Below, one piece after another: positions 30,059 through 38,478 of a DNA stretch of 64,000 bases. The stretch is from the IMG/VR virus record IMGVR_UViG_3300049979_000188; one strand, written 5' to 3'. Numbering within the stretch: position 1 is the first letter of the stretch; every line of letters begins with the position of its first letter. This DNA comes from a virus. A model generated the notes under the pieces. That model searched no databases, was not told the DNA's origin, and saw only the letters and a program-made list of their open reading frames with translations. The position numbers were made by a program, and so were the translations under genes.

Positions 30059-30571
30059 ATGGAACCACAACCTTTCCCCAAGCACCACGCCCATTATACG
30101 GCCCAGGACCTGGACCTGGATTTACGCATCAGCCGCATGTTCTGGGGCTACGATGCCGTGTACAAAGCCAGTATTTTCCGCTTTGACCCCATGCGCTCCC
30201 AGGTGGACGATGTGTACGGGGAGACCCTGGCGGAGGAGAAATTCTTTTTTGCACCCGTTGAAGTCACGGTGGTACCCAATATTGGTGAAGTGACCAATAC
30301 GTTTAAAGTGGCCGGGGGGGTAGCCCATCAGCAGTATACGCTGAGCCTGGGCTTTTACCTGGAAGAGCTGCTCACCAAAGAGTGCCGGCCCCACGCTGGG
30401 GATTTTGTACTCTACAACGCGGGCCAGGGCGACCAGTTCTATGAAATGGCCGTCGTGGATGAGTTGCTGGGTAACAACAGCCACGCCGGTACGCCTTTTT
30501 ACGTGGGGGCGCTCTGCGTGCTTAAAGGTGGCGACGCCATTCCACCAGGCCTGAGTAAGTGGCAGGGGTAA
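30059..30571 (+). CDS. Probable neck/head-completion protein (T4 gp14-like)
   Basis: SQVDDVYGE....KFF.PVE...; GDFV.Y....FYE beta pattern; adjacent to the gp13-like gene. Confidence 0.5.
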   Translation: MEPQPFPKHHAHYTAQDLDLDLRISRMFWGYDAVYKASIFRFDPMRSQVDDVYGETLAEEKFFFAPVEVTVVPNIGEVTNTFKVAGGVAHQQYTLSLGFYLEELLTKECRPHAGDFVLYNAGQGDQFYEMAVVDELLGNNSHAGTPFYVGALCVLKGGDAIPPGLSKWQG

Positions 30572-30601
30572 CGTGCGCGGGCTTGCTTACGTAAACAGGG
30601 C

Positions 30602-31093
30602 ATGAGCACCAAATACCTGTTTCTTGATTTTGATGGTACGCTCTTGCCCCGTAGTTACGAGCAGTACCTGATTGCCATCCATAACCTCTACCCCGAGGTG
30701 CCCGTCAAAGACGAGTTTGGCTACTTTTTCTCCCCTGGCGCTATTTATTTACTCGCTAAGCTCCTTCGCCGTCACCCCCTGGAGGTCGTCATTACCTCGC
30801 GTTGGAACGTCGATTTCTCCTTGGCTGAGCTTCAGCGTATGTGGGCCCAGCGGCGTTACCCCGGTAACGTAGTCGGGGTCACTACGGCTACGGAAGGTGT
30901 TAGTCGCGGCTACGAAATCGAGCAGTGGCTGGTGAGCCGGGGGCGTTTCGCTTCGACGGACTACCTGATTCTTGACGACATGGCGCCGAGCGGGTTTTAC
31001 GCCATTCACCGCGAGCGCCTGGTTGAGGTGAATACGGCACTGGGCTTATCAACAAAAGATTACCAAAAGGCGCTTACGTTACTCGCCGAGTAG
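30602..31093 (+). CDS. HAD phosphatase, Swiss-Army-Knife RNA repair type (HAD_SAK_2-like)
   Basis: LFLDFDGTL, VVITSRW, GVT, RGYEIEQWL, YLILDD. Confidence 0.8.
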   Translation: MSTKYLFLDFDGTLLPRSYEQYLIAIHNLYPEVPVKDEFGYFFSPGAIYLLAKLLRRHPLEVVITSRWNVDFSLAELQRMWAQRRYPGNVVGVTTATEGVSRGYEIEQWLVSRGRFASTDYLILDDMAPSGFYAIHRERLVEVNTALGLSTKDYQKALTLLAE

Positions 31094-31094
31094 C

Positions 31095-31133
31095 TATTTA
31101 AGCCTGGTTTCGCTCCTGTGCGAAACCAGGCTT
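31095..31133 (+). promoter_or_regulatory. TATTTA motif fused to a perfect 14-bp hairpin ending 1 nt before ATG
   Basis: aagcctggtttcgc (31100-13) / gcgaaaccaggctt (31120-33). Confidence 0.65.
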
Positions 31134-31134
31134 T

Positions 31135-31755
31135 ATGGCGTCCACTGACCTTACGCAACTAGCGCAGTCTTACCTAGCGCAACACCCCGAATTCGGTACT
31201 AAACTTACTGGCTCACTTGGTAGTGGGTATAATGGTCAGGTTTGGCAAACCGATAAAGGGGTAGTCGTTAAAGTAACCCGTGACGGGGAAGAATACCAGA
31301 CCACGCGCCGTTTGCTGGGTGCGGCCAATGGTAAATTCACGCCCAAGTATTTTGCCTGTGAGCCTCTGGCTTCCGGGCTTTACGTCGTGGTGATGGAAAA
31401 GGTAACTCCCTTGCAACTCAGTGCCGCACAGAGTCAGCTGCTAAACGTGTTTCGCGACCGCCTGCTCGACATGCTCGAAGACGGAGAAAACGTGCAGTCC
31501 ATTCTGCCGGCTATCGCCAAACTCCCAGACGTAACCATGCGCGGGGTACTCGGTGGCCTGGCCCAGGCGCTCGATGGTTTGCATAAACTCGGCATTGACC
31601 ACGCCGACGTGCAGGAAGATAACCTGGCCTGGCGTGGCCAGCAGCTGGTGCTGCTGGATGTGGTCCACGCGGGTCTGCTCACTGAATCAACCTATCATAC
31701 GCTGCGCCGGGGTATTATGCAAACGCTTGCGTTGCTGCGCGAGCACATTGGTTAA
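31135..31755 (+). CDS. Protein-kinase-like (ePK/APH fold) protein
   Basis: LGSGYNGQV, VVKVT, HADVQEDNL, LLDV. Confidence 0.75.
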   Translation: MASTDLTQLAQSYLAQHPEFGTKLTGSLGSGYNGQVWQTDKGVVVKVTRDGEEYQTTRRLLGAANGKFTPKYFACEPLASGLYVVVMEKVTPLQLSAAQSQLLNVFRDRLLDMLEDGENVQSILPAIAKLPDVTMRGVLGGLAQALDGLHKLGIDHADVQEDNLAWRGQQLVLLDVVHAGLLTESTYHTLRRGIMQTLALLREHIG

Positions 31756-31798
31756 AAAGAAATGACTGGTTTACGTATAAAGGAATGTCGCTGCGGGA

Positions 31799-32272
31799 GT
31801 GGGACGCGTGCTCAACCAAAACCCAAGCCCCCCAAGCCCCCCGTGCGACGCTAAGCGTATGCACCTGTTTCCCCATTTGTTTACCCTGGTGGCTGGGTTT
31901 TTTCTGCTTGGTCTTTGGATGGGTATTGCCCTGCTACTGGCCAAAATTACGGATGGCTTGCTGCTGCTGGTGGACTTTGCCCTCGACGAGGGTCACATAC
32001 TTTCCGGTTGGTACAGCCTAGTTCTACGCCTCAAACCTACGCACCCTAAACTCTACAAAGTACTGGGCGGCTGCATTGTATGCTGTGGTTTCTGGCTCTC
32101 GCTGGCGTGCTACTGCACTTACGTGCGCTACGTGCCTGTGCTGCATTCGATTCCGGTGCTGGTTATCTACCAGAGTTTGGTGGTGGGTAAGTTGGTTAAG
32201 CGCGTGCGCAAAGCCCAGGCGCAGCAACTAAGCCAACCTGCCGAGCAGGAAGAATCCCTGCTGTTGGCTTAG
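31799..32272 (+). CDS. Membrane protein, 3-4 predicted TM segments
   Basis: Several hydrophobic helices; start could be ATG 31859. Confidence 0.65.
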   Translation: MGRVLNQNPSPPSPPCDAKRMHLFPHLFTLVAGFFLLGLWMGIALLLAKITDGLLLLVDFALDEGHILSGWYSLVLRLKPTHPKLYKVLGGCIVCCGFWLSLACYCTYVRYVPVLHSIPVLVIYQSLVVGKLVKRVRKAQAQQLSQPAEQEESLLLA

Positions 32273-33087
32273 GCGTAAATGCGTACCCAGTCCACCTCCA
32301 GCCCCGCCGGATAGCAGGCCGGGTTAAGGCGCTGACCGGCGGCGTGGTCGTTGACCACGTTCGTACCCAGTAAAAGGTAGGCCGGCGCTTGGGGGACGTT
32401 TTCAACTACTTCCTTAACCAGGCGGCCATCCACGTACCAGCGTAGGCGCTCGGCCCGCCAATCCAACTCCCAGGTGTGAAAGGCACGGGCGCTCCAGCCA
32501 GGCAAGTAGACCTGGCTTTGCTGCTGGCTAGTAGTCCCGTAATTCCCGCCTGTCACTACGTCGCAACTAATGGTGTGCCCGCTGCCGGCCACGTTGCGAG
32601 CAATGATTACTTCGGGTAGGACCCCTTCGCTTAAGAGCCACAGGACGCCTTCGCAGCCGGGGGCCTGTGGAAAGCGACACCGAACGCTTACGCGCCCAAA
32701 CTGAAAGCGTAAGAGATTGCCCATGCTTAGCAGGGCCGAAGAAAAGGGGTATGTACGCGGTTCTCCTTCCGGGCCAACCCCACGGGTGGCTTCCTTGCGC
32801 GCTTCCAGGCGCAGGACCGATGCGTCTTTACGTACGAGGTTCTGTCCGCGTGCGCTAAACCACTGCAGCGTATCAGGATTTAGTCGTCGCCGGCCCCAGT
32901 AATACTGGTCCATCCACCGCAGTGGCTCAAAGCTACGGGTGAATTCCTCGGCAAACACGAGTCTGCCTTCCGGGGTACGCGGACTGGCCGCCCAGCCTAC
33001 GAGTTGACAAGCTACGTGGCGTAGCCAGTAAGCGGTATGCGTGAGCCTGGACGTAAGTTGCATAAGCGAGCGAACACTAGCAGGCAT
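32269..33087 (-). CDS. GH16-like beta-jelly-roll protein with degenerate catalytic motif
   Basis: LVFAEEF, LRLEARK, FQFGRVSVRCRFP, FHTWELDW...WYVDG; EIDIxE replaced by EVIIAR. Confidence 0.75.
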   Translation of the reverse strand: MPASVRSLMQLTSRLTHTAYWLRHVACQLVGWAASPRTPEGRLVFAEEFTRSFEPLRWMDQYYWGRRRLNPDTLQWFSARGQNLVRKDASVLRLEARKEATRGVGPEGEPRTYPFSSALLSMGNLLRFQFGRVSVRCRFPQAPGCEGVLWLLSEGVLPEVIIARNVAGSGHTISCDVVTGGNYGTTSQQQSQVYLPGWSARAFHTWELDWRAERLRWYVDGRLVKEVVENVPQAPAYLLLGTNVVNDHAAGQRLNPACYPAGLEVDWVRIYA

Positions 33088-33106
33088 GAGTGGGATAAAT
33101 GGTTAC

Positions 33107-33113
33107 CTAAATA
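33107..33113 (-). promoter_or_regulatory. TATTTAG motif
   Basis: CTAAATA on + strand, 19 nt upstream of the GH16-like start. Confidence 0.6.
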
Positions 33114-33140
33114 GGAAAGGGTAGTAAAAATATTTTTCCG

Positions 33141-33148
33141 TAAAGTTG
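33141..33148 (+). promoter_or_regulatory. Variant -7 element TAAAGTTG
   Basis: tttttccgTAAAGTTG upstream of the ECF sigma gene. Confidence 0.45.
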
Positions 33149-33205
33149 GGGAAGTTTAGAGAAAATACATAGATTGGCTTAACCACCCAGGTTAACACTC
33201 CCCGC

Positions 33206-33787
33206 ATGACTACTTCCACCGCCCTGCCCCTGATTGATACGGCCCGCCGCCGGTTGGAAAATCAACTTTACCGCCAGGTCTATCCCCTCTTTGAGGACTA
33301 TTACTCGGCCAAGCTGCGCAAGCACACGCTGGCAAAAGAGCTGGCGCTCGAAGCGATGGGCAAGGTAATGACCAAGCTCGATGGCTATGACCAGACGCAG
33401 CCGCTGCAGAACTGGGCCATGCGCGTGGCTCGTAATCACTTGTTCGATTACTACCGCCAGCGCGCCTCTCACAAACATCAGTTTGTGCAGCCCCTGGGGG
33501 GCTTGCAGGTTGAGGACGAGCAGGACGGGCGCACCACGCGTTGGTTTGACGACTACGCCCAGACCGAGGCTGAGCAGGAATACCAGTTGCTCGAAGCCGA
33601 GCTGCTGCTTGAGCTACGCGAGTGGCCTGGCCAGGAAGGCGAGGTAGTCCGCCGGCATCTGCTACTAGGGGAAGAGGAGGCCTTTATTGCCCAGCACCTG
33701 ACCCTGAAAACCAAGCACGTGAAGCGTATTGTGTCGGAAGCCAAACAAAAAATTCGCACCCGCTTGCTGGCGGCCGTCTTAGATTAG
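33206..33787 (+). CDS. ECF-type sigma factor
   Basis: ELALEAMGKV...YDQTQPLQNWAMRVARNHLFDYYR; region-4 IAQHLTL...VKRIVSEAKQKIR. Confidence 0.85.
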   Translation: MTTSTALPLIDTARRRLENQLYRQVYPLFEDYYSAKLRKHTLAKELALEAMGKVMTKLDGYDQTQPLQNWAMRVARNHLFDYYRQRASHKHQFVQPLGGLQVEDEQDGRTTRWFDDYAQTEAEQEYQLLEAELLLELREWPGQEGEVVRRHLLLGEEEAFIAQHLTLKTKHVKRIVSEAKQKIRTRLLAAVLD

Positions 33788-33823
33788 CCCTGGTTTACGT
33801 ATTACCCTTAAATAACTTTTCAG

Positions 33824-34720
33824 ATGAGTATCCCCCCTGTTTCCGCCCCTGAGCAACTCGTTATCGGAGTTTGCCTCGACGGCGTTCTACGGGATGTAAG
33901 CGAGCCCTTCCTGCGGGCGTACGCTGAGCGCTTTGGCCCTGAGCCTACGGACGAGGCCCAAACCGTAAGCGTGCCGAAATGGACGCAGTCGGAAGATAAC
34001 CCGGATGTGTACCATGTTAAGGTCGAAACCGAGCAGCTGCCTGAAGGCGTAAAACCCATGGCGCCGCTGCGTATGGGCCAGCGCGGAGCTATGGTCGAAG
34101 TAGACCCAGCACGCGGGAGCACTGAGCAAGCTCTTCCTGATACGGGTCGTCTGGACGGTGTCATCAGCACGGAAGTGCGCCCGGTGCCGGAGCTCTCGGA
34201 AGTTAATCCGTTCAACCTGCTGCAAAAATTCACCTTCAAGGACCAGGAGGAAACCGACGATTTTGTCCAAGGTGACGGCTTTTTCATCTTTGGGCGGGCC
34301 CCACAGGCCGAGGGCGGGTTGCTTATCAGCATGACTCAGCTCTACTACGGGGTAAAGGCCCGGGGCGCCCGGCTCGTGCTGCTGGCCAACGACATACTGA
34401 AGCTGCGCCCGGCGGCGCTGTTTTTCATTGCTAATCTGGGGGCTTGCTTTGACGAGATACGCTTTGTGGAAAGTGCGCAGCAGTACTGGCAAGGCGTGGA
34501 CGTGCTGGTAACGGCCAGTGAGCGCCTGCTGGCGGCTCGTCCCGATGAGAAGCAAGTAGCGTTTCGCCTAACCGAGTACAACCAGCAAACCGGCCGCCAG
34601 GTGGCGGAAAAAAACCGTGAGGGTGCCCCCCTTACCCAACCAGTAACTTACGTGCGGGGCATTGCCCAGCTATTGGAGTATTTCCCTTCCCATCTCACCT
34701 CCTTCGATGAACAAGACTAG
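33824..34720 (+). CDS. NT5C/5'(3')-deoxyribonucleotidase-like HAD protein, degenerate motif I
   Basis: VIGVCLDGVLRD (nucleophile Asp position is Cys); DVLVTA..RLL C-terminal pattern. Confidence 0.5.
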   Translation: MSIPPVSAPEQLVIGVCLDGVLRDVSEPFLRAYAERFGPEPTDEAQTVSVPKWTQSEDNPDVYHVKVETEQLPEGVKPMAPLRMGQRGAMVEVDPARGSTEQALPDTGRLDGVISTEVRPVPELSEVNPFNLLQKFTFKDQEETDDFVQGDGFFIFGRAPQAEGGLLISMTQLYYGVKARGARLVLLANDILKLRPAALFFIANLGACFDEIRFVESAQQYWQGVDVLVTASERLLAARPDEKQVAFRLTEYNQQTGRQVAEKNREGAPLTQPVTYVRGIAQLLEYFPSHLTSFDEQD

Positions 34721-35834
34721 TGCCCCAGCAGTCGAGAAGCCAGTAGAGCTTCAAGGTAAAATTGACCGTCTGGCGGCGGCAAGTACGGCCGTGGCCGAGA
34801 AGAATTTTACCATCTTCTTTTATACCCCTGACGTTAAGCCTACGACTTCCGGGGCCATCATCGAGCTCTACCAGCTCGCCGCCACGTTCCGCCGCGCCGG
34901 CTACGACGCCGTGATGATAACGGAGGAAAAAGAATACGAAGTGCCCGTTTACCTGGACGAAGACCTGCAGGCCTTGCCCCATAAGGCCTCGATTGGGCTG
35001 ACGGTGAAGCCCGAGGACATGCTCATCATCCCCGAGTATTTCACCTCCGTTATCGCCAAGACCAGCAAAATGCCCTGCACGCGCGTTGTCCTGGTACAAG
35101 GTTATGATAACTCACTGGCCACCATGATTCCGGGTAACACCTGGAATAGTCTTGGCATCCGCCACGTGTGGACCATGAGCCAGCCGCTGAGTACGTTCGT
35201 ACGTGAGGTAATCGGGGGCAATTACGCCCTGCAAACCCTACGTATCGGCATTCCGGCCTATTTCAAGCCCGTGCCCGTCAAGGACCCCATTATTGCGGTC
35301 CAGGTACGTAACGCGCTGGATTTACAAAAAATCAGCAGCGAGTTTTACTTGCGTTACCCCGAGCTGCGCTGGGTGGGTTTTGAGCCGCTGACGGCGCTTG
35401 GGCGCACCCGTCGCGAGTACGCCCACCTGCTGGCTAAGGCCTCGGTAGTGCTCTGGGTGGACCGCATTGCGGCCTTCGGGCAGACGGCGGTAGAAGCCAT
35501 GGCCACGCAAACCCCGATGGTGGCTTTGCTACCTGACCACGACCCTGAGTATTACACGGACAGCAACGCTGTCTGGGTGGACCGCCTGCCGCACGTGGCC
35601 ACGCGTCTGGGTCAGCTTTTCAAGCTGCAACTCGAATCGGGCCTCCCTGAGTGGTTGACTCCGGCAATGGCGGAGACGGCGGCGGCTTATACGCCTGAGC
35701 GAGCCGAGCAAACCGCCCTTAGCGTGCTCGATAACACGCTCAAGCTTCGCACGGCCGAGCTCAGTGACCTGATTCTGCAATACAAGGGTAAACTCGATGC
35801 CCTTAACACCCCCACCCCTAAAACGGCCCGCTAA
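34707..35834 (+). CDS. GT-B fold glycosyltransferase (GT4-like)
   Basis: SGAIIELYQLA..F...GY, IIPEY, AAFGQTAVEAMATQTP. Confidence 0.7.
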   Translation: MNKTSAPAVEKPVELQGKIDRLAAASTAVAEKNFTIFFYTPDVKPTTSGAIIELYQLAATFRRAGYDAVMITEEKEYEVPVYLDEDLQALPHKASIGLTVKPEDMLIIPEYFTSVIAKTSKMPCTRVVLVQGYDNSLATMIPGNTWNSLGIRHVWTMSQPLSTFVREVIGGNYALQTLRIGIPAYFKPVPVKDPIIAVQVRNALDLQKISSEFYLRYPELRWVGFEPLTALGRTRREYAHLLAKASVVLWVDRIAAFGQTAVEAMATQTPMVALLPDHDPEYYTDSNAVWVDRLPHVATRLGQLFKLQLESGLPEWLTPAMAETAAAYTPERAEQTALSVLDNTLKLRTAELSDLILQYKGKLDALNTPTPKTAR

Positions 35835-35837
35835 GTA

Positions 35838-36653
35838 ATGAGCACGTTTCCCCTTACCGTTATCATCCCCGTTCACGCACTGGACGCGCAGACAACGCCC
35901 CTGCTAAAAGAGGCCCTTTCCAGCGTAGCGAACCAAAAAGAAGCGCAGGTTGAGCTTACCGTTGTTGTTATCCCAGGTGAGCAGCCCGAGTTGGAAGCTG
36001 CCGTCCAGGCCCTGGTAGCCGAGCAGCCTACGTCGACAAAGTTCGTGGTAGCCCTCAACGACGAAGCGCCCATTCGCGCCGATATTGCCTCGCAGCTCAA
36101 CGCTACGCTTCCCCACGTAACGAGCGAGTACGTAACGATTCTGGAGCTGGATGACCAGCTCGACGAACGCTACGTCTTCGAGATGGCCAAGCACACCCAG
36201 GCCATGCCGGAGGTCGACGGCTGGCTGCCGCTGGCCGTGTGCGTCGACGAGGACCTGCGCCTGCTCAAGTACGGCAACGAAGCCATCTGGGTTCCTAAAA
36301 CGGAAGAAGTTCGCCCTGACGGTACGGTGGATGCCGAAACGACGGAAGTAGCCCCGGATATGCTCCTGAGCGGCGCCATGCTCAAGACGAGCGTATACGC
36401 TGACGGCTACGGCCTTAAAGGCTCAATTACCCTCACGTTTATCAACGAATTCTTCCGGCGTATCGTGGCCCGCGGGGCTGTGCTGCGCGGCATGGGTAAA
36501 GTCCTTTACCTGCACCGCGAGCGCCGCCCCGGCTCCTACCTCTACGAGCTCATGGTAGGGGAAGCCGCCTTGACGCAGCAGGATTCGGCCTACTGGCTCG
36601 ACGTGGCCCGTAAGGAGTCTGCCTTTGAAGTGGAGCGTCCGCTAGCTCGCTAA
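35838..36653 (+). CDS. GT2-family glycosyltransferase
   Basis: LTVIIPVH, EYVTILELDD, LYLHR. Confidence 0.75.
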   Translation: MSTFPLTVIIPVHALDAQTTPLLKEALSSVANQKEAQVELTVVVIPGEQPELEAAVQALVAEQPTSTKFVVALNDEAPIRADIASQLNATLPHVTSEYVTILELDDQLDERYVFEMAKHTQAMPEVDGWLPLAVCVDEDLRLLKYGNEAIWVPKTEEVRPDGTVDAETTEVAPDMLLSGAMLKTSVYADGYGLKGSITLTFINEFFRRIVARGAVLRGMGKVLYLHRERRPGSYLYELMVGEAALTQQDSAYWLDVARKESAFEVERPLAR

Positions 36654-36677
36654 CCCATTCACTGAACTCCAGACGCC

Positions 36678-37472
36678 GTGTCTACGTTTTCCTTACCCAA
36701 AAAGTACTTTACCGAACGGGAAGAAGAAGCCTTTGTGTACTTGATTGACCCCCAGACGGGGACCAAGGCACGTGAAGAAATCTTGCAACAAGTGCTCTAC
36801 CAGCCCTTGTTTCACCTTACGGAGACAGTAGCCTTGCGCTACTGTCCCTGCATAGGCATCCTGGGGGAAGACGAGCTCGTCGCCCAGGCGTACGAGAATG
36901 TCAACAAAAATCTCCACAAGTTTCGCCCCGGTAAGCTCGATAAAGCCGGTAAGAAACCTTTGCGGGCGTACTCTTACCTGAGCGCAGTTGTTAAAAACTT
37001 CTCCTTAGGCTACGGCAAAGACGCGGCCAAATACGACAAGCGCTACCCTTCCTTTGATGCCACGACTCAGGACTACCTCGAACAGGCCGAGACGACGGAG
37101 CTCGAACTTCATGGTGAGCAGCACCGCGAAGTAGCCCGTGACCAACGAATGCAGCGCGTACTACTGGCCATCAAGCGTGAGCTCGCCGAAGGGCGTAACC
37201 TACGTACCAACGAAGCGGCCGTGGGCCGTGCCTTGCTGGTCGTGCTTGAAGTGTCGGTCCATCAGCAGGAAGGCTGGGACGATGATGAGCGTATTACGCG
37301 GCATTACCTGCGTAAAATCTTGATTGCCGGGATTGCCAAGCAAACGGGCCTCAACAACAAGGAAATAAATGCTGGCTTCCGCCGCTTTATGCCCCTCTAC
37401 CTGGAGGTATGCGCCCGGGAGGAAACGGCCGACGGCGAGGAGGCCAATGAAGATGCCTGGAGTCCTTTTTAA
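36678..37472 (+). CDS. Sigma-like protein, possibly late sigma (gp55-like)
   Basis: Region-2-like DELVAQAYENV.KNLHKFRP...AYSYLSAVVKN; C-terminal HTH-like IAKQTGLNNKEI. Confidence 0.5.
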   Translation: MSTFSLPKKYFTEREEEAFVYLIDPQTGTKAREEILQQVLYQPLFHLTETVALRYCPCIGILGEDELVAQAYENVNKNLHKFRPGKLDKAGKKPLRAYSYLSAVVKNFSLGYGKDAAKYDKRYPSFDATTQDYLEQAETTELELHGEQHREVARDQRMQRVLLAIKRELAEGRNLRTNEAAVGRALLVVLEVSVHQQEGWDDDERITRHYLRKILIAGIAKQTGLNNKEINAGFRRFMPLYLEVCAREETADGEEANEDAWSPF

Positions 37473-37493
37473 CCCATATTTTTTTTTCTACCC

Positions 37494-37655
37494 ATGAAAC
37501 TGCCTGTCAAACAAGTAAACGAGGCCGCTAAGGCGCACGCCAAGCTTCAGCTCGGCGAGGCTCAGTTTAGTACCAACAAAAACGCTGCCCGCGCCATTGG
37601 CGACGACTTCAAGGCTGGAGTCCGCTGGGCCCAAGAGGAGCTCGCCCAGGGCTAG
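37494..37655 (+). CDS. Small hypothetical protein (53 aa, not in ORF track)
   Basis: ATG after a pyrimidine-rich leader: MKLPVKQVNEAAKAHA...FKAGVRWAQEELAQG. Confidence 0.6.
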   Translation: MKLPVKQVNEAAKAHAKLQLGEAQFSTNKNAARAIGDDFKAGVRWAQEELAQG

Positions 37656-37663
37656 CTTCCCCC

Positions 37664-38116
37664 ATGAAACCGTTTGAATCGCGTCAGACGGCTACTACCC
37701 TTGACTTCCTGGCCCTGAGTGAAACAGGGCGCCTGGAGCGTTGTAAAGTACGCCTAACGGCGATAATAGGGTTTGGCATTGTCCATGAGCCCGTTATGAC
37801 GCGGCACGCTACTTTCACGCGCTGGCGTACCACAGGTTACTTACTCACCCGGCAGCGGCGCTACCGGGTGAGCGTACGGGTAGTTCGCAGCTGGCAGCGC
37901 GCGTGGCGTTGGCAGCTGCGAAGCAAGGAGTTGCGGGTGGCCTTACGACGTGATGGCCAGGGTTCGGCCCACCGGGCGGTAGATTGGCATTACCTGGTGC
38001 TGGGTTACGTCCGTCGCGGAAGTCTGTGGCCCCGACGGCAGCGTCCAACACAAGTGGCGTCGGGGAGCGTGCGCGTGGTTGAGGACAAAAACAGCATAGT
38101 GGGTAACGAGAAGTGA
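37664..38116 (+). CDS. Arg/Trp-rich hypothetical protein (150 aa)
   Basis: Fills the gap between genes; unusual composition. Confidence 0.5.
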   Translation: MKPFESRQTATTLDFLALSETGRLERCKVRLTAIIGFGIVHEPVMTRHATFTRWRTTGYLLTRQRRYRVSVRVVRSWQRAWRWQLRSKELRVALRRDGQGSAHRAVDWHYLVLGYVRRGSLWPRRQRPTQVASGSVRVVEDKNSIVGNEK

Positions 38117-38126
38117 AAGGGGGACG

Positions 38127-38134
38127 TATATTTG
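38127..38134 (+). promoter_or_regulatory. -7 element TATATTTG
   Basis: acgTATATTTGc, intergenic. Confidence 0.7.
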
Positions 38135-38163
38135 CTTACCTTAACTTAATTCACTTCTCTGCC

Positions 38164-38439
38164 ATGCCTTCCACCACAAGTAGCTTACCTCGCCCTGAGG
38201 CTTTTTTTCACTATGCGTCTATGGTGGAGACACTGTTTGAAAAGGACCCGGTTGCCATGGGCTTGGCCGTTAAAATGCCTGTCGCTTCGCTGCGCGCCTA
38301 TATCCGAAGTTACCACCGCGACCATGTAATTGCCGGCTCAGACGAAGCCTCAGCCGGCGTCCGAGAAACGTACCTGCGTAACCTGGAACACAACGTTGTC
38401 TTGGCCGCCGCTCCGGGCTATAATTTTAGCCTTAACTAA
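38164..38439 (+). CDS. Hypothetical protein (91 aa)
   Basis: ATG downstream of the promoter, followed by a terminator. Confidence 0.65.
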   Translation: MPSTTSSLPRPEAFFHYASMVETLFEKDPVAMGLAVKMPVASLRAYIRSYHRDHVIAGSDEASAGVRETYLRNLEHNVVLAAAPGYNFSLN

Positions 38440-38478
38440 AAAAAAAGCCACTCCTACCGGTAGGAGTGGCTTTTTTTT
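38438..38478. terminator. Bidirectional intrinsic terminator
   Basis: A-run, gccactccta-ccgg-taggagtggc, T-run between convergent genes. Confidence 0.9.
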
